Positions 63,456-64,000 of a stretch of 64,000 nt of DNA are shown in pieces. Source of the DNA: an uncultured bacterium (GTDB lineage: Bacteria > Bdellovibrionota_C > UBA2361 > JANWWW01); contig CALHSA010000001.1 in assembly GCA_938038205.1 (NCBI GenBank), positions 211 through 64,210 of the forward strand. The letters are read 5' to 3'. The notes below the pieces were generated by a model. That model did not search any database. It was not told where the DNA came from and saw only the letters and a program-made list of their open reading frames with translations. Numbering within the stretch: position 1 is the first letter of the stretch; the number at the start of each line of letters is the position of its first letter. A program made the translations under genes and the position numbers.

Positions 63456-64000
63456 GTGAATCAAGGAATAGTATTAGAAATAGCCAATTCAGGAAAAACC
63501 GGTATAATTTTAAGAGTTGGAAATCCTGATAATTCTGCGATGCCGAATTTTATACCAGGACAATATACAGCTCTTGGCTTAGAATCAGAGGGGGTTGAGT
63601 CAACCAGAGCTTACTCTATTTGCTCTTTACCTGGAGAACCCTTCTGGGAATTTTTAATTACAGTTGTTCAAGGAGGTAAGGTAAGTAGTAGTTTAGCTAA
63701 ATTAAGACCGGGAGATACTATTTTTTATAAACCAACTCCAAAAGGTAACTTGATATTACAAAGATCAAAAGATTATAAAAACCTAATTTTCGTAGCTACG
63801 GGCTCAGGAATAGGCCCTTTTCGACCAATGAGTTATCAATTTGTGAGTGATGATGATTTTCGAGAGAAAAAATTAATAGTTCTTCAAGGTGCAAGATTTT
63901 TTTCTGATCTACACTATCGTGAGTGGTTTGAGGAAACTGCTTCCAAAGGTGGTTTTGATTACATAACTTACACATCAAGGGAACACAGCAGTTCCCGTTT
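63456..64000 (+). CDS. fpr: Ferredoxin--NADP reductase-like flavoprotein (3'-partial, runs off the window)
   Basis: My own translation from GTG at 63456: ...PGQYTALGLESEGVESTRAYSICS... (RxYS FAD-binding motif), then LIFVATGSGIGPFRPM (NAD(P)-binding GTGIAPF variant). It is absent from the ORF track because no stop lies in the window. Confidence 0.7.
   Translation, partial: MNQGIVLEIANSGKTGIILRVGNPDNSAMPNFIPGQYTALGLESEGVESTRAYSICSLPGEPFWEFLITVVQGGKVSSSLAKLRPGDTIFYKPTPKGNLILQRSKDYKNLIFVATGSGIGPFRPMSYQFVSDDDFREKKLIVLQGARFFSDLHYREWFEETASKGGFDYITYTSREHSSSR

Noticed and set aside
12099-63978. Remaining short antisense ORFs in the track (12099-12308, 13689-13958, 15128-15346, 18075-18344, 20178-20387, 21494-21727, 22191-22388, 23328-23792, 24502-24750, 27101-27340, 28047-28238, 29366-30086, 30345-30560, 30842-31024, 31165-31401, 31648-31896, 33227-33592, 35606-36150, 39319-40092, 41057-41302, 42699-42884, 44901-45810, 48687-48905, 51834-52046, 55371-55651, 59623-59808, 60208-60435, 62776-63018, 63796-63978)
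   Set aside because: Each overlaps a motif-supported gene on the opposite strand or in another frame. None shows a recognisable domain, so all are treated as non-coding shadows.
1-64000. Searched for CRISPR arrays, IS elements or transposases, integrases, phage genes, toxin-antitoxin pairs and known defence systems
   Set aside because: I noticed no regularly spaced direct repeats, no DDE/tyrosine/serine recombinase motifs, and no restriction, Cas or abortive-infection-like proteins in any ORF. The window looks like core chromosome.

Overview
This is a visibly AT-rich, densely coding chromosomal segment from a Gram-negative (diderm) bacterium. The gene content loosely suggests a Bdellovibrionota/Oligoflexia-like organism, but that is only a guess. 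I saw no transposases, integrases, CRISPR arrays or prophage genes. Housekeeping genes: priA, ftsY, smc, pgsA, rpoN-hpf, lptCAB, RNase E/G, yggS, icd, rpmB, nfo, trpS, rplS, tldD, mrcA, tRNA-Leu(UAA), rnhA, trmL and a 3'-partial fpr-like reductase. Several envelope machines sit between them. (1) A compact injectisome-type T3SS gene set at 3.5-8.5 kb: FliA-like sigma factor, SctJ lipoprotein, small ORF, SctQ/FliN SpoA-domain protein, a 94-aa protein with a needle-protein (SctF) C-terminal signature, a short SctV, and a TPR lipoprotein. No ATPase, SctRSTU or secretin is present in the window. (2) A convergent type IVa pilus operon, pilM-pilN-pilO-pilQ, has no pilP and is followed by three unknown co-oriented genes. 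(3) A short flagellin gene has a sigma-28-like promoter and a clean terminator, and a fliL-like gene lies elsewhere. (4) A partial complex I operon, nuoG-H-J-K-L-M-N, has no nuoI or nuoA-F nearby, a truncated NuoG, and eroded motifs in NuoM/NuoN. (5) A T2SS block, lipoprotein-gspC-D-E-F, has no pseudopilin genes. The most interesting candidate is the fragmentary needle-type T3SS cluster headed by a sigma-28-like factor and placed tail-to-tail with the pilQ operon. All functional calls rest on motif recognition in the supplied translations; no database search was possible.
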